From Octopus vulgaris (Eukaryota), in assembly GCA_951406725.2 (NCBI GenBank), contig OX597816.1, forward strand, positions 23,498,001-23,562,000: a DNA stretch of 64,000 bases, written 5' to 3'. The translations under genes were made by a program, and so were the position numbers. Within the stretch, counting starts at the first letter, position 1. Every line of letters begins with the position of its first letter. Under the pieces are notes generated by a model that was not told where the DNA came from, searched no databases, and saw only the letters and a list, made by a program, of their open reading frames with translations. Shown one piece after another: positions 53,320-64,000 of the stretch.

Positions 53320-53572
53320 CCTGAGGAGTTACAACCGTGTTTCGTGGTCTGCTACCACAACAACTCCTTTATAGGATCCAGTTAGCTCAAGACATCATCA
53401 GGAGGAACCACGTCCGATTTCGGCCCCTACTCCTCTACCGTTTTGACGTGGCACCCCCATCCTTTCGGAGGTGTCTTCAGCTCTGGTGTTGGGTGCATGT
53501 CTTTCCCTGGCCTCTTCGATGTATCGTCAGCGAGTATCAGCCGGTGACTGACTGACCTGTCAAATTTTTCCT
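53320..53572 (-). mobile_element. second copy of the 47100-47365 repeat
   Basis: Near-identical reverse complement; explains the twin ORFs 47146-47343 and 53337-53555. Confidence 0.6.
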
Positions 53573-53951
53573 ATTAAAAAAAAAGCCATATAAACTGATA
53601 ATGTTATAACTGTGCCAATACACTGTTGCACTTCTTTCGCTTTTCTTTGTCAAAGAATACGTTTAGTTGTGATAGATTGCTTGTTGCAGATCGTAATATG
53701 GCAGCTGAACAGTTTTCGATAAATTGTGAAAGCCACGACTCTCTAGGAAATGTGTCATACTTTTTGTATCCCCACTAAACGTTCTGAAGATTTCCGGGGA
53801 TGGTTGTTTGGTTAGGAATCTCGAATTGCAATCACTTTGTTTCAAGTTCATTCCCACTCACAGCATTAAGAGTAAATGTTTTCTGTGATAGCCCCCGTGC
53901 CGAATAGTGAGTTTTGGGTGAATTTAATGACGGGAAACTGTTGAAGCTTTT

Positions 53952-53991
<40 letters not shown>

Positions 53992-53992
<1 letters not shown>

Positions 53993-54164
53993 CGGGAAGG
54001 TTTACGAAAATAAACAAAAGACGAAGGCAGGTGGAGTACAAACAAACAAATGTATTAGTATGGTGCTCAGGAATGGAAATAGAACAAGTCTTTTACGTTT
54101 CGAGCCTACGCTCTTCGACAGAAAGATACACAGAAAAGAAACAAGGAGAGAAACAAGGAGAGAA

Positions 54165-54165
<1 letters not shown>
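53992..54165 (-). mobile_element. family F element with minimal HHR at 54090-54125
   Basis: CTTT-CTGTCGA-A-GAGC-GTAG-GCTC-GAAA-CG-TA-AAAG on the minus strand; (TA)n on both sides. Confidence 0.72.
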
Positions 54166-54245
<80 letters not shown>

Positions 54246-54248
54246 CGT

Positions 54249-55290
54249 ATCAGGCTGAGTAAAAAGTAAGCAGCGTAAGTACCATTACAATCAACACACT
54301 TTTGCCAACGAGTTACAAGTTTGTTTATTCCGGTAAAATAAAAACCTAGACTTCCGGAGCTGATTAACTCTTTGAATGCACTTTCAGCATCAGTTTGATT
54401 TTTGAACTCCTTCTCTCGTAGGATACCATCAATGTACTTGAAAAGATGGTAGTCGGTAGGAGAAAGGTCGTAACCAAGTTCCCTGAACTTCTGGAGCGTC
54501 ATTAGTGAAACCTGTGGTCGAGCATCATGATGAAGAATGATTGGTTCTCTTCTGTTGACCAGTCTGAGACGGAGGAGTAGCAGTTTTTCGTTCATTTTGG
54601 CACTTTCATGGCAATGTTTCTGCAGTAATGGTTTTTCCGGGTTTTCAGAAGTTATGATGGATGAGTCCAGCAGTACACCACGAAACAGTCACCATAACAT
54701 ACTTTTTAAAGAGCTCGGGTTTAGGGAAGGTTTTCGGGGCTTCATTTTGGTCCAACAGCTACAAAAAACGTTTTTTATTATTGTACAGAATCCACTTCTC
54801 ATCGCAAGTTGCAATACGGTCGAGAAATGGATCGGTCTGCTTATGGAGAAGAAGCAACGAGCAAATTTCCTATCTGCGCATTTTCTGATTTTCATTCAAA
54901 TTGTGTGGTATCCATTTTTGAACTTTTTGGGTTTTCCGATCGCATGCATTTGGTTGCAGGCGGTTTTCTGGCTAACTTAAAGCTCTTTTGTCAGTTCGCG
55001 ATTGGTTTTACGTAGATCTTTCTCATTGACGGTCTTTAATTGACCGTCATCGATCACAGATGGTCGTCCACTACGCTCACGATCTTCAAGGCTCAGGTCT
55101 CCACTGCGAAATCGTTTAAACCATTTTCGAGCTGACCACTCCCTAGTCATTTCCGTATCAAATATTTTTTTGATATTACGAGCAGTTTCAGCTGCTTTAC
55201 ATCCCAATTTGGAATTTGAATAGCAAAATTGCTCGAATATCGCACATTGACAGTTCCATTTCAGATGATTGTAACAACGATGAAAAAAAT
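54249..55290 (-). pseudogene. decayed near-full-length mariner transposase
   Basis: Minus strand MELSMCDIRAILL..GCKAAETARNI..WFKRFRSGDLSLEDRERSGRPS..LVNRREPIILHHDARP..DLSPTDYHLFK..GINKLVTRWQKCVDCNG; multiple frameshifts; TIR-like TA|TCAGGCTGAGTAAAAAGTAA at 54249. Confidence 0.92.
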
Positions 55291-55329
55291 ATCAATGTTA
55301 ACTGATTGAAGTCTGGGCAAGGTTGTTTT

Positions 55330-55545
55330 ATGGAAGACCAACAGTCACCCATGCATACCAGTCTCCCATCTCCATGCCACCGATGTTATCCAAGGGAAAG
55401 GCAAAGGCTGATACAGCTTGGCACCAGTGATGTCGCAAATCATTTCTACAGCTGAGTGAACTGGAGCAACGTGAAATAAAGTGCCTTGCTGAAGAAGAAA
55501 ACACAGGAATCGAACTCACAACCACATGATGGTAAGCCCGAGAGG
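55330..55545 (-). mobile_element. tRNA-derived SINE (family D-related)
   Basis: B box GAGTTCGATTCC on minus; body GCAAGGCACTTTATTTCACGTTGCTCCAGTTCACTCAGCTG. Confidence 0.75.
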
Positions 55546-56244
55546 CTTCCTAGAGGATGTCCAATAATGTTGAAACGTGCCTGTTGCTTTCAACAGTTTG
55601 CTTTAAATATATCCACTGCCGCACTGGCATTTCAACACATTTAAAGAATTTCGATTATCACTTTTATTACAGCTATGTAATAAAAGTTTAAGCACTTTTA
55701 TTACTTAAACTGCGTTTAAAGTTTAAGCACTCCTCCAGCTTCTTTTAGTTTACTAATTATATGGGCAATCATAATTAATCGTTATATTACATCCATAAAA
55801 CACTGTCGTATTTTTTACTTAGTTTATAGAGGTCGCCTCTCAAGTAGTTTTTTTTTCAATGATATTGTTGTTATTAACGATTTTATTGTTTGCACATTAC
55901 ATTTTATTATCTGACAATTACAATTTTCCAAACGTATTATATTTCTTGCACTGAAGGAAATTCTTCCCTTTTATTCCCTGTAGAAGAATTTCCAGGTTTA
56001 TTTTCCCATTTATAAATCTTTGAATGTAAATAATTAGAAAATTGCTTTAAAAGTTCGAGTGAATAACCTTTTATACAATTCATCTCCAAAAGAATTTGTT
56101 ATACATCTTTGTGCCATTACAGTTAAGTTCTCTTACTATATTTCTTATTCTCTGCTAATATACAAATTAGTGAGTATAAAGTTTAGGAGCGAATCGTGTA
56201 CAAATCCAGGCCTTCATACTATATGTAAAATGATAAAATTTATT

Positions 56245-56676
56245 TATTTATGCGCCCTTTTCAAGCCTAGCCAGGCTCATGGGGCCGGTTTCTATGGCGT
56301 ATGTGTTCCTCCCAGTTGGACGGGACGCCAGTCCATCGCAGCGTTACTCAAGAAACAGGAAGAAAGAGTGAGAGAAAGTTGGGGCGAAAGAGTACAACAG
56401 GGGTCGCCTCGTGGAGCTGTAGGTGTTTTCGCTCAATAAACACACACAACGCCCGGTCTGGGAATCGAAACCGCGAGTACTCAAGAAACAGGAAGAAAGA
56501 GTGAAAGTTGTGGCGAAAGAGTACAACAGTGGTCGTCACCACCCCCTGCCGGAGCCTCGTGGAGCTTTAGGTGTTTTCGCTCAATAAAAACACACAACGC
56601 CCGGTTTGAGATTCGAAACCGCGATCCTCCAAAAGCGAGTCCGCTGCCTTAAACACTGGGCCATTGCGCCTCCACA
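56245..56676 (-). mobile_element. SINE family C with internal ~130-bp duplication
   Basis: Reverse complement of 46467-46778; segment tactcaagaaacagg..cgaaaccgcga occurs twice. Confidence 0.9.
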
Positions 56677-57158
56677 AAATGATAAAATATAAAGAGAATA
56701 TTAGGGACACAGACGAAATAAAATAATACCAAATGCCGTCGAAATTACTTTGTAATCTATTGTATATTTTAAATAGATTGAAATGCTGAAAAAGAAAGCA
56801 TCTCAGATTTGGTGAGAAATCTTACACAGCACAGGATATCGAGTGGCTTGTGTCAATTCATATCTCATTATTCCATATTTGCATCAGGGACGCGTTCACG
56901 AAATCATACATACACACATGCTTGTATGAATATATAAAACATCGTTTTGAATGTGAATCTGTAAGCGTATGTGCATATATGTTACTGTGTGGAAATGCAT
57001 GAATGTATGTATGCTTTGTGTCTAGAAACAGACAGATACATAGAAATTCACGGAGAAACCTTGTTAAATAACGAATTACTATGTTTCATGTCAAAAACCA
57101 ACAGGAGATTAAGTCGTCGCAATACGAACATAAAGTATTTAATATTTACACAAACATA

Positions 57159-57757
57159 AGGCGGCGAGGTGGCAGAAACGTTAGCACTCCGGGTGAAATG
57201 CTTAGCGGCATTTCGTCTGCCGTTAGATTCTGTGTTCAAATTCCGCCGAGGTCGGTTTTGCCTTTCATCCTTTCGGGGTTGATAAATTAAGTACTAGTTG
57301 CGTACTGAGGTAGATCTAATCGATTGGCCTTGTGCCTAAAATATAGGCGGCGAGCTGGCAGAAACGTTAGCACATCGGGCGCAATGCTTTGCGATAGTTC
57401 GGTTGTCTTTACGTTCCGAGTTCAAATTCCGCCGAGGTTAGTTTTGCCTTTCATCCTTTCGGGGTCGATTAAATAAGTACCAGTTACGCACTGGGATCGA
57501 TATAATCGGCTTAATCTGTTTGTCTGTCCTTGTTTATCCCTTCTATGTGTAGCCCCTTGTGGGCCATAAAGAAATAAGAAACGTTAGAATGCCGGGCGAA
57601 ACGCTTTACAGTATTTTGTCTATCTTTACATTCTGAGTTCAAATTCCGCCGATGTCGACTTTGCCTTTCATCCTTTCGGAGTCGATAAATTCAGTACCAG
57701 TTGCATACTGGCGTTGATCTAATCGACTGCCCTCCCTCCCCCAAAATTTCAGGCCAT
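57159..57757 (+). mobile_element. three tandem SINE family B copies
   Basis: Heads at 57159, 57345 and about 57578. Confidence 0.9.
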
Positions 57758-57821
57758 GTACGACACACACTCATACACCCACGGACAAATACACACACAC
57801 ATACCTACACTGTTGCATGAT

Positions 57822-57864
<43 letters not shown>

Positions 57865-57948
57865 TTATTATCATAGTTATATACAATTATGTCAACTTTC
57901 TCTTCCTTCTTGAGTATGTATATGTGTATATATATGCATATATTTACG

Positions 57949-57989
<41 letters not shown>

Positions 57990-57992
<3 letters not shown>

Positions 57993-58052
57993 GGTGCCCC
58001 AGCATGGCCACAGCTCATAAGCTGAAACTGGAAAAATCAAAATCAATCAAAA
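57990..58052 (+). mobile_element. isolated LINE/SINE 3' tail
   Basis: GGCGGTGCCCCAGCATGGCCACAGCTCATAAGCTGAAAC followed by (AATCAA) repeats. Confidence 0.7.
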
Positions 58053-59989
58053 ATATGTGTGTATAATTATATATAAAACTATCATATATCACGTCGCTCA
58101 CTATCTCCCTATATATTTATATGCATCCATACATATATACATATATGTAATTAATAAACTATAAAGAGAGTGAGCGGGCGAAATGAGGTGAAAGGGTGAG
58201 TCAACTAGGTAGGACGGCAGACAAATAAATGCATACTTTGGTATTCAAAACACTCCCGTTATTAAAACGTCACCACGTTTGTTTCCATAACCTTGTAATA
58301 CCAGTTTCTATTTGTTAATCTCAGTCCAATTAAAATAATACTACAACAACAGTAGCACGACGATGTCAGAATTTGAATGTTTGAGCTCTTTCTCTTCCAC
58401 CTGTCTGTTCTATTTGAGTTAATCTGTTGAAAATTGTTATCTCTTCCGGTTTTACATAGAAAGCATAACATCTTGTTTTACATTAAAAAAAAAAGACAGA
58501 CACTATCATGTGGAATATTTTTTTAATGCCACTCTCGCATAGGTTTAGAGTAGCGGAATCACACACACACATACTCAGAGGAACTCATGCACGCACGTAC
58601 ACACTCACACACATATGCTTTCACTGCACGGTTACAGTATGGAAAGAATGTGTGTGACGTACGGGAATGGAAGGAATCGAAACAGCGTCCTTCGTCTCTG
58701 GCTCCGGATTGCTGTCCTACTTCAGATACCATCTGAAGAGCAAGATGGGGTTGGGGAAGAGGACCCTGCCGCAGAGCGTGTATGATAAAAGATGGAAGGA
58801 AGTGACGAAAAAGGTGGGTGTCAGGAACTCAGCTTGATCACTAATGGAGAAACAATGGATAACTGCGGGGCCTTACAGGTTGCCGGGTAGTTAGAGAGAA
58901 CTTGGATTTAATTGATTGTTTAAGTGATTCGTTTCATAACATAAGGAATATCCAAAGTCATCGAAGTATATAAAATCTTGAAATTTTTAGACGAACTCAT
59001 TCGACAGTTTGTGTGTAACGTTGTGTCCTGAATTGTCTTATTCTATGTATGATTTTTATAATCTTAATAAAAAGTTCAGAGCTGCATTTCTTGTGAATGG
59101 AGCCGTGCTAGTGTAGCCGTTTAAGGCAAAAAAAAGAAGGGGAAAAAACGAGAAAATAACAAGGAATAAACTAAGGAAAAAGCCGGTGGGTTAAACAAAA
59201 ACCCCAGAACAATATTTTTAATTATACATATTTTTATTCTTCACCTTCGATTTTAAAATTTAATTTCCCAATTCGATTTCATCCAAATTATCATGAATGT
59301 AACCCTAACACTGTGTAAGACTGTCCTTGTTTCGTTCCCGCCCCTGTTCTGTTCCTTCTACGTATGCCCTTAAAGGCAATAAAGAAATTCAGAGCTGCGT
59401 CTCTAACCTACATCTCGGTGTTGGCTGCTGCTTGTTTGTGAGTTCGTTTTGCGTTATTCCCATGTTTTGTTGTTATTGCACTGGTTATTATTAAAATTTG
59501 AACAGTTATCAATTTGTTAAGTGTAATTTTCGCCCTACGGGGCAGAAAACTCTGAAATTGTTATTTGTTTGAAAACGACTACTGTTGAACTTTTTGAACT
59601 CTGTGATATTTTACCCCCTTTGCAGGGTCAAAAAAAATATTATTTTTGTCATTTTTGGCAAAAATTATTTTTCAAAAAATATTCTAGCTATTCCTTTTGA
59701 AGGAATTCATTTTGTAATGGAATTTAACGTCATGTTGAGGGAGGATTTCCCAGAGATGAAGGCACCAGAAAAAATGTTGATAGTGCAAAGCAAGTGTCTG
59801 GGGAGAAACCCGCTTTTCGGCTGCCGTAGGCGGGAATATGATAGAGATAGCGGTAACGGTGGCGAAATTATTTAAGTATCGAGATTTAGTGAATAAAAAC
59901 GGAAATGATACAAAATTACTACCCCCGCAGGAAATTGTTCAGAATTTAGTGACAAAAACGGTAGTTTAAAAAACTTGTAACGTAAAAGA

Positions 59990-60835
59990 AAAAAAAAGGA
60001 TTGTGACTTGCAAAGTAAAATAATTAAAAGGTGTTTGGCACCGATTTCTAACAAGATTGTATATGTCGGACGTGGTACAAGGAGCGCCACAGTGGAGGCG
60101 CGGTTCGCTAACGAGAAGACAGCTAAGGAGTTATCCACAAGGACTTTAAAAATCGAGGAGATAATCTTACTACCCACGTATTTGGGTACACGAACCGCAA
60201 AAATTACAGTATAAGAGGTACGAGCTGGGTACGAGGTAATCTGGATAGCGGCAACCATAACCTATGAGGAGAAAATGGCGGCATTGTAGATAAAGAAGAA
60301 AGAGGCCGAAAATTGGAAAGGACAGACACTTGAGATCGTGGACTAGGCCTCACCTGAAGAATTTGAAATGCTGCTCAATAAGGTTTTAATAGGGGAGGGG
60401 CTGAGTGTAAGAGTTGCAGTAGAGGGGCTTAGGCCACGTTGCTTTAAATATGGCGATAAGGGTCTCGTCCGCTCTCAATGCGAAACAAAAAGAAAGAGTG
60501 AAGCCCCTCCTCAAAAAGAACACCAAAAAGATCCGCAAGAAAAGGGAGGAAAAGAAAAACAAACGGAAAGGATAGAAAAGGAGGTAGAAGAAACGAAAAG
60601 ACAAGAAGAGAAACAAAACAAAAACACAGAAATGGATTTTACCGTGGTTACATCCCACAAGATGGAAAAGGCCCAAGCCCCGGACTTCCCTTCCCATACA
60701 AAGAAAACAAGTAAGCATGCTACAGACACACACGAAAATACTCCCCACACATCCCCTTTACCAAACCCCACTCCAAGACGAAAGATGAGAGCCAGCCAGC
60801 CAACCTGTTTCAAATATATAGAATATGAGGGATAG
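59990..60835 (+). pseudogene. decayed ORF1 (gag-like) of a non-LTR retrotransposon, probably L1/Tx1 group
   Basis: Stop-interrupted frame with RRM-like VEARFANEKTA..LLPTYLGTRTAKITV and degenerate knuckle VAVEGLRPR-C-FK-Y-GDKG-L-VRSQ-C, then a K/E-rich tail. Confidence 0.6.
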
Positions 60836-61289
60836 TTCAGTGGTGATTTGGTGATTTAAACGAATAGGTATGCTGGTTAAGTGCTGTAACGGATTATTAG
60901 GGCCCCAAGCTCGTAACTGAGACAAGAGCTTTGGATCCATTTTAGGTTTGCGAATTAGCTGATGTATATTTGTGAAAGAGGACAACAAACGCCGAAGCAT
61001 AACAAGCATCTCAAGTCATATACATTATTTTAAATTATTCTTATATTATTCTTAAGAATAATATAAGTTGAGCAGTACATAGAAAGTATATAAAACAACT
61101 TTCAGGAACAGTAATGGTTTAGTAGTGTAGAAAGTTGTAAATTTTTCCCGTTCGATAATCGGTTAGCAGCTGGGATTGGTGTATATGTATTCCTAAACTA
61201 GGGAATGAAGTAGATAAAAATCTAGGCTACATATATGTCACAGCTAGCAGAACTTTGGAAGTAATAATTATTCAAATAAGGGCTAATCC

Positions 61290-61471
61290 GCTAGCTACTC
61301 GTTGGGCCGAGGTTACCTTAATCAAAAGAAGTTTATATTGTTGCCAAGGGATCCCATGTTTACTTGCATGAGTCATTTCCGATTGAATCTCCAGCGAATC
61401 AACACGGGATCCCTTGATGACAATGTAAACTTCTTTTGATTAATATATCTTCGGACTAACGAGTAGCTAGC
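61290..61471. repeat. ~70-bp-arm inverted repeat (MITE-like hairpin)
   Basis: GCTAGCTACTCGTT..TTAATCAAAAGAAGTTTA..CAAGGGATCCC mirrored by GGGATCCCTTG..TAAACTTCTTTTGATTAA..AACGAGTAGCTAGC. Confidence 0.85.
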
Positions 61472-61599
61472 ATATTGTTTGAGGAATTCCTATTTCCGAG
61501 GTTCTGCTAGTTTTGAAAAGGATGTAGTATGGATTTTATATACTCCATTCTCTAATTTTGGATATCTTCTTCTTTTTAATCCTTTTTGCTCCTTGTGGA

Positions 61600-61858
61600 G
61601 CATAAGGCCGGTTTCCCGGTTTCCTTGGCGTATAGGTTCCCCACCTGGACGGGACACCGATCCACCTCAGGTGAGTTGCAAGATGCAGGAGGAAAGATTG
61701 AGAGAAAGTTGTGGCGAAAGAGTCAGCAGAAGTTCGCCATTACCTTCTGCCGGAGCCACGTGAAACTTAGGTGTTTCGCTCATAAGCACACACATCGCCC
61801 GGTCTGAGATTCGAACCCGCGATCCCTCTGCTCTAACCATTAGGCCATGTGCCTCCAC
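61600..61858 (-). mobile_element. SINE family C, diverged subfamily
   Basis: Match to family C with a B box GGTTCGAATCTC. Confidence 0.82.
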
Positions 61859-61867
61859 AATTTTGGG

Positions 61868-61943
<76 letters not shown>

Positions 61944-61945
61944 AC

Positions 61946-62220
61946 TATGAGAGAGAATCCATTATGTGGACGCTCTTACGCTAGATATAGATCCGCAAAG
62001 GGACTCAACCACTAAGAATTGATCTCAAGAAATAATTTACCACACTAAGAACGTAAGCAAGCAGGACAAATGAAAAATAACGAAAATATAGATTAACCCC
62101 ATACAATTGTATGGGGTAAATCTATATTTACTGAATCTCAGTCTTTTATACGCTAGGTCACTGGTGACCAAATTGATGTTATTAAATTAATATCCAATTT
62201 TTTCACCCTCTTTTTGACTT
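61946..62220. mobile_element. rearranged relative of the 20216-21386 unit
   Basis: 61946-62109 matches 20220-20384; palindrome 62084-62129; 62127-62220 matches the inverted unit end. Confidence 0.75.
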
Positions 62221-62965
62221 ATATATATATATACACACTCCGAAAGAGCAACAAAGAGAGAGCGAGGTGAGAGTCGGAAAAATACCTTATACTAGTCTTC
62301 TCTTAGTAGAGTAGAATGAATCTATGAGCAGGCAAACAAACGTTATAGGTTTAGATCGTGTTATTTATATGCTTGTGTGTGTGTGTGTTTATATTTTTCA
62401 CTTATTGCACAGAAGAACAGGTGCACCTCAATGATCCTCGGGCGAGGAAATGTTACATGTTTCGAAAACGAGGTGTTTATGTTACATCAATTTTTCCGTT
62501 TGTGATATGTTGACTTGTCTCTTAGACTTTCAACTGTTACTCTGAGGTCTCTTTTCAGCTGTCGCATTTGTGAATTTAATGGTATAAACGTTCTGTTTTC
62601 AAGCCGCTCTTTTCGCTTTCTTTCCTCTTTTTCTTCTGAATTTCTTTGGCCAAGCTGTTCCTCATACTTTGTAAATATTTACACATCATATCTATAAGAA
62701 TCTGTGAAATATTTAATCCGAGATATGAAAGAATTACTGATAAAGAATTACGGTTCATGAAATCAGATGAAGCCTTGTGATTCATAAAATTAGATAAAGC
62801 CTTGAATCAGATAAAGTCTATATCTGATAGAATCCAGCTAAATAATGGTTGTGATAATCCCATTTACTTCTTTATTAGTTTGTTTTTTTCTCAGACTTAC
62901 AATATCCGAGAACATATTCATTTTTGTACTTTTCTCTTTTCTTGTAAATCGTGTGTGAGTTAAGC

Positions 62966-63645
62966 ATTATTTGGCTGTTGTTTCTAGTTTGTCTTGTAAT
63001 CATGTAAAAGCTTCCTCGCTGAATCACCGTTTTTTTTTTTGGTTTTTTTTTTTATTGTGGGGGTCGGTGGAATAGGAACTTTTTGTTACTCCCACGAGTC
63101 TTTATTAATCTGCGGAAGAAAGACGATGAGATGGCGAGATGGTTAACACGCCGGACAAAATTACTTGGCCTTTCGCCCTTCTTTACGTTCTGAGTTCAAC
63201 TTCTGCTGAGGTCGACTTTGCCTTTCCTACTCTCGCGATTAATAAAATAAATACCAGTTGCGCACTATCCCTCACGCCTAAAATTTAAAGCCTTGTGCCT
63301 ATAGTAGAAAGGATTATTTGGTTCTTTTTTCTAGCTTTTCCTGAGACCATGTAAAAGCTCCCTCACTAAATCCCGTTTTTGTATGGGGGGTAGGTATTTC
63401 TGCTATGTGTTTCTATTAAGCTGTAAAAGAAAGGCTGCGAGTAACTAGGATTGTTAACGCTTCAAACAAAATGAGAAATGGTATTTCTTTCGGCTCTGTA
63501 CGTTCCGAGTTCAAACACCAACGAAGTCAACTTTGCCCTAATCCTTTCGAATGTTGTTAATATAAACTACAAATACTAGAGTCGATGTAAGCGACTTGCC
63601 CCTTCCCCTCAACAATGTTGACCTTGTACCAAACTTAGAATGAAT
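62966..63645 (+). repeat. old ~350-bp tandem duplication, each unit containing a degenerate SINE B
   Basis: attatttgg..tttctag..catgtaaaagct..tattaa.ctg..aagaaag at 62966 and 63313, each followed by SINE B. Confidence 0.65.
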
Positions 63646-64000
63646 CTATAAAAGAATGTCAATGGCCTTCCCTTTTGAAGTCCTTCTTAAATTGCGTTGC
63701 TGGCCACTAAAACTCTTTAAAATGTGTGAATAGAAACACTTCAGATTTGTAAAAGATGTAAAGAGCTTCTTGTGACGTTCATGTTATTCTTAAAAAATGT
63801 TGAATGAAGTTTCATTTGTCAAGGAAGAACCTGCAAAGACTAAGGGACTATTTCCTTCTTCTCATCCTCCTCCTTCTCCCACTCCTGTTCCTCTCGCTAA
63901 TTATTAATGAAAAAAAAAAGAATGAGTTAAATAACAATGAAACTGTGAAATTAATTGTCTTTCTCAACGTTGCTCACCAAATTATATTTTATAATTATCG

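Noticed and set aside
58650-59412. Possible solo LTRs (TG.., AATAAA..TTCAGAGCTGC twice, ..CA)
   Set aside because: No target-site duplication, primer-binding site or second LTR could be identified.

Overview
AT-rich, repeat-saturated eukaryotic DNA, intergenic or intronic. The style of the microsatellites and tRNA-derived SINEs suggests an octopus genome (inference, not database-checked). No host protein-coding gene can be supported: most ORFs in the track are microsatellite read-through ([12 protein letters not shown]) or SINE-derived. The window holds many copies of 3-4 tRNA-derived SINE families, three decayed mariner transposons, and fragments of CR1/L2-like, RTE, R4/Dong-like and L1/Tx1-like LINEs. 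It also holds a Penelope-like ORF remnant, a non-autonomous Helitron and an internally deleted RTE. The main unexplained signal is more than a dozen type I hammerhead-ribozyme (HHR) motifs or remnants from several unrelated short non-coding families. Most sit in (TA)n tracts as fold-backs whose symmetry axis lies at or beside the ribozyme. They include near-intact HHRs with covarying helices (15304, 21071, 21515, 35187, 14407) and a ~523-bp retrozyme-like tandem/inverted unit. There is also a minimal HHR with a recurrent CUGU core in three copies, and a tRNA-headed SINE whose tail is an HHR. All structures were read by eye; coordinates of degenerate repeats are approximate.
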